From assembly GCA_965207735.1 (NCBI GenBank), contig OZ242296.1, forward strand, positions 608,001 to 672,000: a stretch of 64,000 bases of DNA. The letters run 5' to 3'. Position 1 is the stretch's first letter. Each line of letters opens with the position of its first letter. A program made the translations under genes and the position numbers. Source of the DNA: Candidatus Versatilivorator sp. (GTDB taxonomy: Bacteria; Acidobacteriota; Terriglobia; Versatilivoradales; Versatilivoraceae). Shown piece by piece: positions 19,406 through 30,039 of the stretch. Under the pieces are notes generated by a model. The model was not told the DNA's origin, did no database searches, and saw only the letters and a list, made by a program, of their open reading frames with translations.

Positions 19406-19924
19406 ATGGGGGCTCCAACGGTCACCAGACCTTCAGGCATCAAGGACCGATTGGCCCTGGTCATTGCTACGGGATTCGGTGTCGGTTATATCCCGATAGC
19501 ACCCGGCACGGTCGGTTCCTTTGTGGGCATACTACTGATTTTGCTCCTCTCCCGTTGGCAGCTCATCGGGGGACAGCGGGTCTTCGTCAATTGGTTGGTG
19601 GTAGCCGTCATTAGCGCCGTGGGCATCTGGGCGGGTTCCCGGGCGGAAGCGGTCCTGGGCAAACGGGATCCACCTCAAGTCGTCATCGACGAGATCGTGG
19701 GTCAGTTGTTGACCTTTGGCCTGATCTTCAGGAACCCCCCATTTACCCTGCTTTTTCTCGGTTTTTTGTTCTTTCGCTTCTTCGACATTGTCAAGCCCTT
19801 CCCGATAAGGTCCCTGGAGAAAGTTCCCCTGGGATTCGGAATCGTCCTCGACGACTTGGCGGCCGGATTTTACGCCTCCTTGTTGTTGGCGCTGATTGTT
19901 CACAATTGGCCGTCGCTGGCTTGA
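19406..19924 (+). CDS. pgpA: phosphatidylglycerophosphatase A
   Basis: APGTVGS, DPPQVVIDE, FRFFDIVKPFP, DDLAAG motifs. Confidence 0.95.
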   Translation: MGAPTVTRPSGIKDRLALVIATGFGVGYIPIAPGTVGSFVGILLILLLSRWQLIGGQRVFVNWLVVAVISAVGIWAGSRAEAVLGKRDPPQVVIDEIVGQLLTFGLIFRNPPFTLLFLGFLFFRFFDIVKPFPIRSLEKVPLGFGIVLDDLAAGFYASLLLALIVHNWPSLA

Positions 19925-19968
19925 TCTCCGGGTGCTCTCCGACATTCTCCATCTTTTCGATCTGACCC

Positions 19969-20976
19969 ATGATTAGAATTCTGAATCTGTTACCTGCAGC
20001 GGCCATTCCGGGAGGGGAGCTGTTCATTCGCTGCGGTGGCCTGGAATTGAAGTCCTACTTTCGCCCCGAAGTGAGGATGCAGCAGTCCGCCAGCCATCTG
20101 GTTTCGGCAGCCTCCGATCTGATTGTGGCGCAGGTCCCGTCGGAAGCCCGAACCGGGGATCTGTGGATTGCCATCGACGGACAGGAGAGCAACCACGTCA
20201 CCTGTGAAGTGGCCGACCTGGTGACTGATAATTTGCACCCGGTGGCCAATCCGGTCCTGGATGCGGGCGGCAACCTCTATTCGACCGTGAGCGGGCGAAA
20301 GGGCGAAAAGGTTCCCAACTCCATCTTCAAGGTAAGCCGGAACGGGGTTGTCGAACCCTTGGGCGCGGAGATCGTCAACCCGACGGGATTGGCTCTCAAC
20401 AGCAGGGACGAGCTGTTTGTCTCCAGTCGTCAGGACGGGAACATCTTCAGAGTTTCCGCGCGAGGCGAGGCAACGATCCATGCCAAGGGTATGGGGGTGG
20501 CCACCGATATTGTCTTTGACCGCGAGGACAACCTGTACGTCGGAGATCGTAGCGGCACCATTTTCAAGATTGACAGAAACCGTGAGATCTTTGTTTTCGC
20601 AACCCTGGAACCCAGTGTCTCGGCCTATCACCTCGCTTTCGATCAGGCGGGCAGCCTTTTTGTTACAGGACCGACCGCTTCTACCTGCGACCATGTTTAC
20701 AAGGTTGCCGCCAGCGGCGAGGTTGAAGTCTTCTTTACCGGTTTGGGTCGTCCTCAGGGACTGGCTTTTGATGTAGAAGGCAACCTCTATGTGGCGGCCT
20801 CCCTGGCAGGCCGGGGGGGAGTGGTGAAGATCGATCCCGATGGCAAGGCCTCACTGGCCGTCAGCGGTTCCAACCTCGTCGGCTTGACCTTCGGGTATGG
20901 GCAGGACACGTTTCTTGCCACCACCAGCTCCGTCTATCGGATCCACCTCGGAGTCGAAGGTAAGCCCCTGCCGTGA
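19969..20976 (+). CDS. IPT/TIG + NHL/SMP-30-gluconolactonase-like beta-propeller protein
   Basis: Repeated P.GLAFD..GNLYV-type blades after an N-terminal Ig-like segment. Confidence 0.7.
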   Translation: MIRILNLLPAAAIPGGELFIRCGGLELKSYFRPEVRMQQSASHLVSAASDLIVAQVPSEARTGDLWIAIDGQESNHVTCEVADLVTDNLHPVANPVLDAGGNLYSTVSGRKGEKVPNSIFKVSRNGVVEPLGAEIVNPTGLALNSRDELFVSSRQDGNIFRVSARGEATIHAKGMGVATDIVFDREDNLYVGDRSGTIFKIDRNREIFVFATLEPSVSAYHLAFDQAGSLFVTGPTASTCDHVYKVAASGEVEVFFTGLGRPQGLAFDVEGNLYVAASLAGRGGVVKIDPDGKASLAVSGSNLVGLTFGYGQDTFLATTSSVYRIHLGVEGKPLP

Positions 20977-21047
20977 CACCGGCGAGGCCCGGGAAGATTC
21001 GATAGCCCCGTGTTCCTTTCCAGCCTGCCGGATTCGTCCCCCAACCT

Positions 21048-22283
21048 ATGGAAACCGCCGAAATTATCGCTATCGGGTCGGAGTTGCTGACTCCACACCG
21101 GGTGGACTCCAACTCCCTCTATCTGACTGGAAAGCTCAACTCAATCGGCATTGAAGTGGATCTCAAGGTGGTCGCCGGGGACCAGGAAGCCCGCCTGGAG
21201 CAGGTGGCGAGGTCAGCGGTGGAGCGGTCCCGGCTGGTGATCGCCACCGGAGGTTTGGGACCGACCGAAGACGATATCACCAGGAAGGTATTCGCTCGCG
21301 TGCTCCGAAGGCAGATGGTGCTGCAGGATGATATTCTTCAGGCTATCCGGGAACGCTTTCGGAGGCGGGGACTGGAAATGGCCGCCAACAACGCCCGCCA
21401 GGCCCTGGTTCCCGTGGGGGCGCGAGTTCTCGAGAACCGTCTGGGGACGGCTCCGGGACTTTGGCTGGAAGAAGGCGAGGTGGTCATTGTTCTGCTTCCG
21501 GGAGTGCCTTCGGAAATGAAGGAGATTTTCGAGGAGTCCTGCCTGCCGTTGCTCAGACAGCGGTCCAAGGGATCTTCTCTTGTCACCCGTGTTCTGAGAT
21601 CTACCGGGATGACGGAGTCTCAGCTTGACGAACAGATTGCACCGATCTATACCCCCTACAAGAACCCCGCGACCACTATTTTGTCCGGAAGGGGAGAGAT
21701 TCAGATTCACCTGACAGGCCGAGCAAAGTCGCGGCAGGAAGCCGAGGCCCTGGTTGAGAAAGTCGCCGACCGGATCCAACTCAAACTGGGAGACTACATC
21801 TTTTCCACCGGCGACCAGAGCCTGGAACAGATCGTCGGAGAATGCCTTCTCAGGAAGAAAGAAACACTGGCCGTGGCTGAAAGCTGCACCGGTGGGTTGA
21901 TTGCCGAAAGGATTACAAGAGTTCCCGGCAGCTCCCGATATTTTCTGGGCGGGGTTACCTGCTACAGCAACCAGTCCAAAGTGGAATTTGCCGGCATGCC
22001 GCCCCTGCTTTTGGAAATGGACGGCGCCGTCAGCGCGGAGGTGGCCAAGGGCCTGGCCGAGGGGATTCGTGGCCGGATGGGAGCCAGTATCGGCGTTGGC
22101 GTGACGGGCGTAGCCGGACCATCCGGCGGCAGCCCCCAAAAACCGGTTGGGTTGGTCCATTTGGCATTGGCCATGGGAAACCAGGTCGAACATCGGGAGT
22201 GTCGTTTCAGCGGTGATCGGGAAAGGATCCGTTTCTGGGCTTCCCAGACGGCCTTGGACATGGTGCGGCGCCGTTTGCTCTGA
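21048..22283 (+). CDS. cinA: competence/damage-inducible protein CinA (NMN deamidase)
   Basis: IGSELL, TGGLGPTEDD, AESCTGG, GSSRYF, TGVAGP motifs. Confidence 0.95.
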   Translation: METAEIIAIGSELLTPHRVDSNSLYLTGKLNSIGIEVDLKVVAGDQEARLEQVARSAVERSRLVIATGGLGPTEDDITRKVFARVLRRQMVLQDDILQAIRERFRRRGLEMAANNARQALVPVGARVLENRLGTAPGLWLEEGEVVIVLLPGVPSEMKEIFEESCLPLLRQRSKGSSLVTRVLRSTGMTESQLDEQIAPIYTPYKNPATTILSGRGEIQIHLTGRAKSRQEAEALVEKVADRIQLKLGDYIFSTGDQSLEQIVGECLLRKKETLAVAESCTGGLIAERITRVPGSSRYFLGGVTCYSNQSKVEFAGMPPLLLEMDGAVSAEVAKGLAEGIRGRMGASIGVGVTGVAGPSGGSPQKPVGLVHLALAMGNQVEHRECRFSGDRERIRFWASQTALDMVRRRLL

Positions 22284-22397
22284 CTGGGACGAGCTCAGGG
22301 TGGCTGTTTCCTGGTGTTCTGGGACCGGACGCTGACAACCGGGAAGTGTTGCCGGAGCGCGGTCTGCGCTGTTGAACGGCAAGTAGAGGCCGGATCC

Positions 22398-23396
22398 ATG
22401 AAACGGGTGGCGATCATTGGTGGCGGCGGATGGGGGACGGCTCTGTCCATCGCCCTGTCCGCAATGGGACACCCGATTCGACTCTGGGTCTATGAGCCGG
22501 AGTTGGTGCCCGCCATCAACCAGGATCGATGTAATCCTCTATACCTCAGCGGCTTTTCAATTCCCGAGTCCGTCGTTGCCACCGATTCTCTGGCCTTTGC
22601 TCTGAAAGGGGCCGAAATCGTGGTGACGGCCCTCCCGGCCAACCGTTGCCGCCGCATCTACCTGGAGATGCTTCCCTACCTGCGTCCCGAGTCTCTTCTG
22701 GTGAGCGCCACCAAAGGAATTGAAAGCACCAGCCTGCAGCGCATGTCGGAAGTGATGGAGGCCGTGGTCTCACCCTGCTTCCGGCCTCGAATGGCCGTAA
22801 TCTCCGGTCCCACCTTTGCCAAGGAGGTGGCTGGTGGCGTTCCGACGGCCATTGTGGTGGCGGGACCCGATCCCACCGTCAACCGGGCGGTGCAAACCGA
22901 GTTCTCCGGACGCTCGCTTCGCTTCTACACCAATACCGATATCATCGGCGTCGAACTGGGGGGCGCGGTCAAGAACGTGATCGCCATCGCGGCAGGAGCC
23001 TGCGCCGGTCTCGGATTGGGTTGGAACTCCGTGGCGGCGGTGGTGACGCGCGGTCTGGCGGAAATGACACGCCTGGTTGTGGCCTGCGGCGGCCGAACCG
23101 AAACCATGGCCGGCCTGGCCGGGATGGGGGATCTGGTACTGACCTGCCACGGGGAGCTCAGTCGCAATCGCCGGGTTGGCTTCCAGTTGGGGAAGGGATG
23201 TGGGTTGGCGGACATCACGGCGGGAATGCGCGCAGTGGCGGAAGGAGTTCCGGCCACTGCGGCCACCTTGAAACTAGCTGAACGCTATGGGGTGGAAATG
23301 CCCATCGCCGAGCAGGTGAACCTGATGCTTCATCACCGGAAGAAACCTCGGGACGCCGCGAGAGACCTGATGGAAAGGCGTCTGAGGGAGGAGTGA
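22398..23396 (+). CDS. gpsA: NAD(P)H-dependent glycerol-3-phosphate dehydrogenase
   Basis: GGGGWGTAL, SGPTFA, GGAVKNVIAI, GMGDLVLTC, SRNR motifs. Confidence 0.96.
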   Translation: MKRVAIIGGGGWGTALSIALSAMGHPIRLWVYEPELVPAINQDRCNPLYLSGFSIPESVVATDSLAFALKGAEIVVTALPANRCRRIYLEMLPYLRPESLLVSATKGIESTSLQRMSEVMEAVVSPCFRPRMAVISGPTFAKEVAGGVPTAIVVAGPDPTVNRAVQTEFSGRSLRFYTNTDIIGVELGGAVKNVIAIAAGACAGLGLGWNSVAAVVTRGLAEMTRLVVACGGRTETMAGLAGMGDLVLTCHGELSRNRRVGFQLGKGCGLADITAGMRAVAEGVPATAATLKLAERYGVEMPIAEQVNLMLHHRKKPRDAARDLMERRLREE

Positions 23397-23434
23397 GCGC
23401 CGCCTTGCGGAATCGGGAGTTCAGGACTTCAGAG

Positions 23435-24013
23435 TCAACGTTGGGACGCAGGTGCATCGATGAGATGCAGGAAATCGCGGATGATCCGGGCCGTCAGCCC
23501 CCAGACGTCGCGGCCTCGAAAGTCATAGTGGTAAACGAGGATGTCGCAGCCCAGGCGGTGCAGGGTTTCGGTCCTGACCAGGCGGGGATCACGAAAGAGG
23601 CTCCAGGGGACCTCCAGAATTTCCTCGACCTCGCCGGGGTTGGGACACAGCTCCAGCGGTGGGGAGACCCAGCCGACAAACGGAGTGACAATCAGGTCGG
23701 TGGAGGACAGGTAGTCGTCGAACTGCCCCAGGATCCGTATCCGCGATTCCGGCAGTCCGATCTCCTCTCGTGTTTCTCTCAGAGCGGTCTGAACCAGGGG
23801 TTCCGCCTCCGAATCCCGCATTCCTCCCGGAAAGGAAATCTGTCCCTTGTGGGTTTCCACCGTTTCGGTCCGCTGGGTAAGCAGGAAATACAAGCCTTCC
23901 TCCTGTTCCCAGACCGGCATCAGCACGGCTGCTCGCCCCGAATGGCCGCCCGCTAGCCTGTGTGGGCTCCGGGAAGTGAGTTGAGAGGCGATTTGAAGAG
24001 CTGTTTGCGTCAT
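23435..24013 (-). CDS. Nudix CoA pyrophosphatase
   Basis: HKGQISFPGG...ALRETREEIGL Nudix box; VWGLTA. Confidence 0.9.
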   Translation of the reverse strand: MTQTALQIASQLTSRSPHRLAGGHSGRAAVLMPVWEQEEGLYFLLTQRTETVETHKGQISFPGGMRDSEAEPLVQTALRETREEIGLPESRIRILGQFDDYLSSTDLIVTPFVGWVSPPLELCPNPGEVEEILEVPWSLFRDPRLVRTETLHRLGCDILVYHYDFRGRDVWGLTARIIRDFLHLIDAPASQR

Positions 24014-24237
24014 TAGGCGAGAGGCGTTGTCGGGGAAAAGCCGGGAAGTGGAAGCATCTTAATGACTGGCCGCAAACCGGTCAACACGAGGGTGCCGGGG
24101 GCCGGAAGGTTGAGAATGCCCGGGCTGCGGCGGAAATTGGCTCGGCTTCGAGGATTCCGGTTGCAACTCCGGACGGGGACAGGACGCATGCCGGGGCCGG
24201 GCAGCGGCTAAGAACTACATTTATCCAGGAGCTGTCA

Positions 24238-24669
24238 ATGGGTTCTTCCGTGGGAAGGTTGGTGAGCATCCAAAGATGTCCCGGGTCGCGCCGGCCCATG
24301 CAACCGGTCAGTCCGGCCAGGCTCATTCAGGATTTCGGTCTGGAGAAGGACCGCCATGCTCGGGCGGGGAGCGAGCGCCAGATACTCCTCATCGAAGAGG
24401 AGATCCTGCAATCCATGAACCTGCGCATCGGCGAGGTCAAGGAGAACCTGACCACCCGCGGAATCGTCTTGAGCAACCTCGATCAGGGGCAAATCCTGCA
24501 GATCGGCTCAACGGTGCGGCTGCGGATTACCGAGCCCTGTCGGCCTTGCAGCCGCATGGACGAAATCCGGGCTGGCCTGCAGCAGGATCTGGAGGGCCGC
24601 AGGGGCGTGCTCGCGAGGGTCGAATCCGGAGGTTCCATCGCGGTGGGCGACCCCATCCGGATCCTGTAA
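24238..24669 (+). CDS. MOSC domain protein
   Basis: ENLTT, CRPCSRM, RGVLARV..GG.IAVGD motifs. Confidence 0.85.
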   Translation: MGSSVGRLVSIQRCPGSRRPMQPVSPARLIQDFGLEKDRHARAGSERQILLIEEEILQSMNLRIGEVKENLTTRGIVLSNLDQGQILQIGSTVRLRITEPCRPCSRMDEIRAGLQQDLEGRRGVLARVESGGSIAVGDPIRIL

Positions 24670-24826
24670 GGGACGCAGGACCACCGCGGCCCGGACCCGA
24701 CCGTATTCCTGAGGGTGTTTCCCTCCGACTCCACCCGGCCATCCACCGGCAGAGCCGGACTTGAATTCGAGGTCCCCGACTGGACGCTGCCCCCTGATTT
24801 CATTACAATCGGGCGCAATTGAATGG

Positions 24827-24916
24827 GGAGAGATGGCCGAGTGGCTGAAGGCGCACGCTTGGAAAGCGTGTTTAGGGGAAACTCTAACGCGGGTTCGAAT
24901 CCCGCTCTCTCCGCCA
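24827..24916 (+). tRNA. tRNA-Ser(GGA)
   Basis: GGAGAGA acceptor stem, anticodon loop TTGGAAA, long variable arm, GGTTCGAATCC T-arm, CCA end; 90 nt. Confidence 0.97.
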
Positions 24917-25108
24917 CTTGTTATTTATAAGTAACTTATTATCAATAATATACATTGTATTGAATCTCTTACAATCCCCCAATTAGTCCCCCAGATGTTT
25001 ATCGCTACATCTCCAAAATCCCTTTCCAGCGAAGGTAGTCACCCCTTGCTGATCCAAGTTTCGCGGCCCACCTCAGTAATTGCTTTACTTGTTTGTCGGC
25101 GCAAACAC

Positions 25109-25873
25109 CTAGCCATTGCTGAGCACATTACGTTTTGCCCAGTCTAACAACTCATCAGGATCAACCCGTGGCTTCAGAAACCGATTCTTTGTGAGGTATG
25201 CGACGAACTGGCCCCGGACATAGAGTTTTGGAGGATTGGTGCTGAACTGATTGAAGGGGCTCATCGGATTAAATTGGTTTCCGTAGGTCGAAAACTTGTT
25301 GAATATCGAACTCTGAGATAACTTGTTGGCGTAAGGGCCAAGACTGTTGAAGATTGACTCTTGGTCGAATTTGTTTGGATTGAGTTTGCCAAGAAATGTG
25401 CCGTCTGGAGCTTCTATGAAGGATTCCCCTCTGAGTTGGCGTGCCTCGCTCTCCGATCCGACGATACGGCCTTGAAGCAACCCGTCAAGATCGTTTCTTA
25501 GTGAATACAGGAAAGCCTCAGTTGGAATGCGGTTTTGCACATAGGGATTTAGACCGACACGACCCACCAGACGATTGTCGATGTACAGCTTTGGGGGAGA
25601 TGCACAATATGGATTATGCACGCTGTTTTGCCCGTAGGGACTACCGTATTCGGAATATTGATTGAAGATGCTCGTATTACTGTAGGGGCTGCCGTAAGGA
25701 CCATATTCGTTGAGAATCGAGTCATGATCGTATGAATTTGACGTGATCTTGCCCAGAAACTGTTCGTTTTCGGCTTGAAGAAATGATGTTCCGTGCGGAT
25801 GCGTTCCAGCCGTTTGCCGCTCATAAAGCTCAGCAAGAAGTTGCTCGAGCAGTTTTATCGTCTGATCAGCCAT
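25109..25873 (-). CDS. hypothetical protein with two tandem S-I-F-N..(G/S).YG..(Y/F)-rich domains
   Basis: Two internally homologous ~95-aa halves (FLGK..N..D..SI.N..GPY...PPKLY); ATG overlaps the upstream stop codon. Confidence 0.8.
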   Translation of the reverse strand: MADQTIKLLEQLLAELYERQTAGTHPHGTSFLQAENEQFLGKITSNSYDHDSILNEYGPYGSPYSNTSIFNQYSEYGSPYGQNSVHNPYCASPPKLYIDNRLVGRVGLNPYVQNRIPTEAFLYSLRNDLDGLLQGRIVGSESEARQLRGESFIEAPDGTFLGKLNPNKFDQESIFNSLGPYANKLSQSSIFNKFSTYGNQFNPMSPFNQFSTNPPKLYVRGQFVAYLTKNRFLKPRVDPDELLDWAKRNVLSNG

Positions 25874-25988
25874 CAACTTCCGGTCCTGTAGAGAGTGTGC
25901 AAGAGCTTTTGGATTTCCACCGCGGCCTGTTCGGGCGGTAGCTGCGTGATCAACATCGGAGCAGTAGCGAGCGCAATGTTTTTCTGTC

Positions 25989-27475
25989 GAGCCTTTTGCA
26001 AAATTCGGAATCGGGCATGACATTGGGCTGGCAACAGTGATGTTCCGGCGGTGACTACCCAGCTGCAAAGACCCTTTTGAAGGAAAAAGCCCGAATCTGA
26101 TGGCCGGATGGCCAGCGGTCGCCGGACGCAGGCACAGCTTACCCTCTCCCGGCCTTGAGGCGGGCGAACCTGCTGTGCGGTTGGGGGTGGCAACCCGGTC
26201 TTCAGAGCGTCAGGCGCATCAACTGATCCACCGTCAGGGCCAGAATGCCGAACATCAGGTGGCACCTCACCTTGTCGGGGCCGCGAACCCTCACCTGCCT
26301 CCCGCCAAACTCCTCCTTGAGCCGTCCGTTGACCCGCTCCACCGTCGAGCGTTCCCGGTAGCGCCGCGCCTCGGGAGTCACTTGGCCGATACAGCGCCGG
26401 GCCAGTGCCTCCCGCTTCCGCTCGGCTTTCAAGGTAGCTCTTCGGCGGGGGTTGACGTCAATAATCGGCACATGCCCCAGCTTCTCACTGAAGGCCCGGA
26501 TCTCCGGCGCATCGTAGGCGCTGTCCATCAAGTCGTAGAGACTCTCGACCCGCCTTGCCGTCAGCGTCGCCAGCGGAATGGCTGCCTGAGAGTCATGCAC
26601 CGAGGCCGAGGTCAGCAGACAACTGACCGGAATCCCGCCGTCAATGGCGTCGAGGTGTAGCTTGTAGCCGGTCCAGCTCTCCTGATGCCCCTTGGCGTTG
26701 CGCTTGACGCCGATGTCGCAGGCCTTGGGCAACTCCTTCAACATTTCCTCCAGCGTCATCGACCCCTGCCGCTCCAGCCGGCTCAACCGCTTGGGCCGTC
26801 GCTCGCCCTTCGGCGGCCGGCCCCGCCGGCGTTTCCGCTTGGCCTCCGGCGCAGCCTTGGCCGCTGGCTTTTCCCGTCCCGCAATCGCCGTCGAGTCCCT
26901 CGACACATGCCCCGCCAAGTGGCCCTTCAGCGTCTCCTCCAGCAATGCCTCGTGCAAACGCCCCGGCAGGTCGCTCTCAGCGAATTCCGCAAAGGCCCGC
27001 GAGAAGGTCGACTCGCTCGGTACCTCCCACGCCCTCTCCCAGCCGCACAGCCGCCGCAGCCTCCCCTCACTCCTCAGCCGCTCCACCAATCCCCGCGTGG
27101 TCGCCACCTCCAGCATCGACTTCGCCAGATAGGCTCGCGCCAGCACTGCCCGATCCTCCAGCGGCCGGCCACGCCAGCCCCGACTGTAAGGCAGCAACTC
27201 CTCCACCCGCACCAACTCCAATACCTGCACCAGCCGCTGGTAACGCTCTCCCAGAGGCCCCAAAACTTCCTCCAGCAGGGGAAACAGCTCTCGTTGAAAC
27301 CGGAACCAGTGTCGTGATAGGGTTTCCCTAAGGGGCAAGTTCCACCTCCGTTCATCATGTGGTTCAGACACCTTCATGATACAACAGACAGTGGTCTTGC
27401 CCCTCCTTCCACCTGCCCTCCTTGATCTTTCCCCACGTGAAAATTCCCGCTATCTGCGAATTTTGCAAAAGGCTC
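25989..27475 (-). mobile_element. IS (IS5/IS1182-like DDE), copy 1
   Basis: 18-bp terminal IR GAGCCTTTTGCAAAATTC, 4-bp TSD TGTC; appears identical to the copy at 49227-50713. Confidence 0.95.
26202..27377 (-). CDS. DDE transposase
   Basis: PSESTFSR, DSTAI, GYKLHL, DSAYD, VERVNGRLK motifs. Confidence 0.92.
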   Translation of the reverse strand: MKVSEPHDERRWNLPLRETLSRHWFRFQRELFPLLEEVLGPLGERYQRLVQVLELVRVEELLPYSRGWRGRPLEDRAVLARAYLAKSMLEVATTRGLVERLRSEGRLRRLCGWERAWEVPSESTFSRAFAEFAESDLPGRLHEALLEETLKGHLAGHVSRDSTAIAGREKPAAKAAPEAKRKRRRGRPPKGERRPKRLSRLERQGSMTLEEMLKELPKACDIGVKRNAKGHQESWTGYKLHLDAIDGGIPVSCLLTSASVHDSQAAIPLATLTARRVESLYDLMDSAYDAPEIRAFSEKLGHVPIIDVNPRRRATLKAERKREALARRCIGQVTPEARRYRERSTVERVNGRLKEEFGGRQVRVRGPDKVRCHLMFGILALTVDQLMRLTL

Positions 27476-28602
27476 TGTCGTATTTCCTTAATTTCTCGAA
27501 GCGGCCAATAGAGAAGACCTGTAGTTACCGCCGACGGCGTTGACCAAGCGAAATGCCCAGTAGCAAGTGCGACGAAGAAGCAACCGATTCCGGTGAGAAA
27601 CAGGGCAATCGTTAAGACGACGTACGTCCACTCAATCCGACGATTCTGTCGCAATACTTCATCGATACGCTGTAGAATTTGATCGATTGAGGCCATTGGA
27701 CGGCGTGTCTTGGCTAGCTAGCGGCTCACGGCCCACCGATGCCGGTGCTGAAAGAGAATTCAAGATTTTCCGGCCGCGGTCGAATGCAGCCTCGAATCGT
27801 CACTCCTGTGTTTCTCGCTACTGCCTGAATCGGTTTCATCAGCCCACCATCAGATCCAAAAGAGACCGTGGTAGCGACCAGACTTTATCTGGAACAATCG
27901 TTCTTGTCTCCCCCGAGATAGAAAATACAAACCCACGTTGGTGAAGGCGAGCACTTTTTCCTTCTCGCGGTCACTCCAGTTGCCCGAACCCCTTCCCTAG
28001 TTACCAGAGCCATAGAAGATCTGAAAAAAGGCTGGAAGGGAGCCGCATTTAGCGGTCTGCCCATTCAGTGAATTTTCTGGGGGAAAGTGGAAAATTCTCC
28101 GATTTTTTTAGGTCGCTTAACGGCCGTCTATTCCACAGTCTATGTCTCCCGCCAGACGAAACTGCTCCGGGACTGATGTTCTCCCTTGAGGGGATAAAGC
28201 AGATTGTAGTGAATCCACTAGCCCCCTATGCTGCGCCGGGCGTCGATCAGCTGATTCAGGGCATCGTGTTTATGTACGGCACGGGAGTTTGCCGATGATC
28301 TGTTCCGCGGATGGGTGCATGCCGCGCGATATCTCACCTGAATTGAAAGCCCCGATGGCGAGCAAACCAGCCGTTGCAGCAGCGATCCGAAAAGCCATCG
28401 ACATCGAGTTTCTCATCTACTCTATCGCCTTCCCGCAGGGAATGCCTATTCAGAATGGACTGATCGTCCAACCAAGTCCCATAATGTACATAACTGACTT
28501 ATCTACAGTCTTTTATGAGCATGCTTGAGCATCCATCCATTCCCATAGCGTCCCGCGCCATACGCTTGCATCCCACCTATTTCGGGGAGTATAATGGGGG
28601 GT

Positions 28603-29814
28603 ATGATGCTTTCCAGACGCTCCCCGCAACGCAAGCCCCCCGGCCAGCATCCCGACAACGCCCTCACGCCCCTCTTTGTCCGCAGCGTGAGCCAGGCCGG
28701 ACGCTATTGTGACGGCCAGGGGCTCTATCTCGACGTGCGTCCCTCCGGCAGCCGGGGCTGGATCCAGCGCCTCACCATCCGAGGCCGCCGCGCCGAGCTC
28801 GGGCTGGGCGGATTCCCCCTGGTCTCGCTGAAGGAAGCCCGGGAGAAGGCCTTCGCCAACCGGAAGCTGGCCCGGGAGGGCGGCGATCCCCTCTCGGAGA
28901 AGCGGCGGTCCGAGTCGACACCCACCTTTGCCGAGGCGACCTACCAGGTCTACAATCAGCTGCGGCCGGGCTGGCGCTCCCCTCAGCATGCCCAGCTCTG
29001 GCTCAGCAGCTTGGAGCGCTACGCCCTGCCCCGCATCGGCGGGATGCCGGTTTCCGAGGTGTCCAGTGCCGATGTGGTGGGGATTCTGGCTCCGATCTGG
29101 CACGAGACGGCGCCCACGGCCCGGAAGCTGCGCCAGCGCATCCGCGCGGTCATGGAGTGGGCGGTGGCGATGGACCTGCGGCCCGACAACCCCTGCGACA
29201 GGATCGGCCCGGTGCTGGGCGCACAGGGCAATGGCGTGCGCCACAGGCGGGCCTTGCCGCATCCCGAGGTGGCGTCGGCGATCGAGACGGTGCGGGCGTC
29301 GAGGGCGAGGCCGGCGGTGAAGCTTGCCTTCGAGTTCCTGGTGCTCACGGCGGCACGCTCCAGCGAGGTAAGCGGGGCGGTCTGGACCGAGATGGACTGC
29401 GACCAGGGTGTGTGGAGCATCCCGGCCCCGCGCACGAAGGGGAATCGCGAGCACCGGGTCCCGCTGTGCCGTCGTGCCCTGGAGATCCTGGAGGAGGCGC
29501 GGGGGCTCTCTCGCAGCAGTCCGTTGGTGTTTCCGAGCGTCAGGGGCAAGCCGTTCGCGATCACGACGCTGTCGGAACTGCTCCGGGAGTTGAACGTCGC
29601 GGCGGTGCCGCACGGCTTCCGGTCGAGCTTTCGGGACTGGGCGGCCGAAGAAACGGATCATCCTCGCGAGGTGGCGGAGGCTGCCCTGGCGCACAAGGTC
29701 CGCAGCCAGATCGAGGCGGCCTACCGGCGCTCGGACCTGTTCGAGCGTCGCCGGCGGCTCATGGATGACTGGGCCGGCTACCTGGCCGACCCGAGCCGAG
29801 GGCCGCAGGCCTAA
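28603..29814 (+). CDS. P4-like tyrosine integrase (arm-binding DUF4102-type N-terminus)
   Basis: DGQGLYL, LGLGGFP, LTAARSSE, HGFRSSFRDW, LAH, AYRR motifs. Confidence 0.93.
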   Translation: MMLSRRSPQRKPPGQHPDNALTPLFVRSVSQAGRYCDGQGLYLDVRPSGSRGWIQRLTIRGRRAELGLGGFPLVSLKEAREKAFANRKLAREGGDPLSEKRRSESTPTFAEATYQVYNQLRPGWRSPQHAQLWLSSLERYALPRIGGMPVSEVSSADVVGILAPIWHETAPTARKLRQRIRAVMEWAVAMDLRPDNPCDRIGPVLGAQGNGVRHRRALPHPEVASAIETVRASRARPAVKLAFEFLVLTAARSSEVSGAVWTEMDCDQGVWSIPAPRTKGNREHRVPLCRRALEILEEARGLSRSSPLVFPSVRGKPFAITTLSELLRELNVAAVPHGFRSSFRDWAAEETDHPREVAEAALAHKVRSQIEAAYRRSDLFERRRRLMDDWAGYLADPSRGPQA

Positions 29815-29880
29815 GCAGCGCTCGATGGCCGTGCGAGGCGGGGACAGCGGGGCCGGCGCCGCAACGCGTAGTGCCGGGGA

Positions 29881-29914
29881 GCCAGCCTACCCAATGTAAT
29901 ACATTGGGGCTGGC
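29881..29914. other. oriT-like palindrome
   Basis: GCCAGCC-TA-CCCAATGTA-A-TACATTGGG-GCTGGC nested inverted repeat followed by more hairpins; function inferred only. Confidence 0.35.
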
Positions 29915-30039
29915 GAGGGGCTCCGGCCCCTTCGAACCCCCGACCGGGGAGAGCTCTCCCCTAGCCCCTCCATCACCCCCCGCCGCTCCCTTCTCCCTCT
30001 CCCATGACCGAGGCCTCGATGGCGCGAGAAGCGACAGCG

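Larger units (their letters stand above)
25873..27696 (-). pseudogene. 2-TM membrane protein gene (~110 aa) interrupted by an IS
   Basis: Removing the IS and one TGTC copy restores the frame ...LREIKEIRQ|KNIALATAPML...RTGS*. Confidence 0.85.

Noticed and set aside
24483-24917. ORF beginning MAERAGFEPA
   Set aside because: Antisense translation of tRNA-Ser
27700-28418. Short ORFs between the 2TM gene and the nested element
   Set aside because: No recognisable motifs or consistent frame; probably decayed sequence
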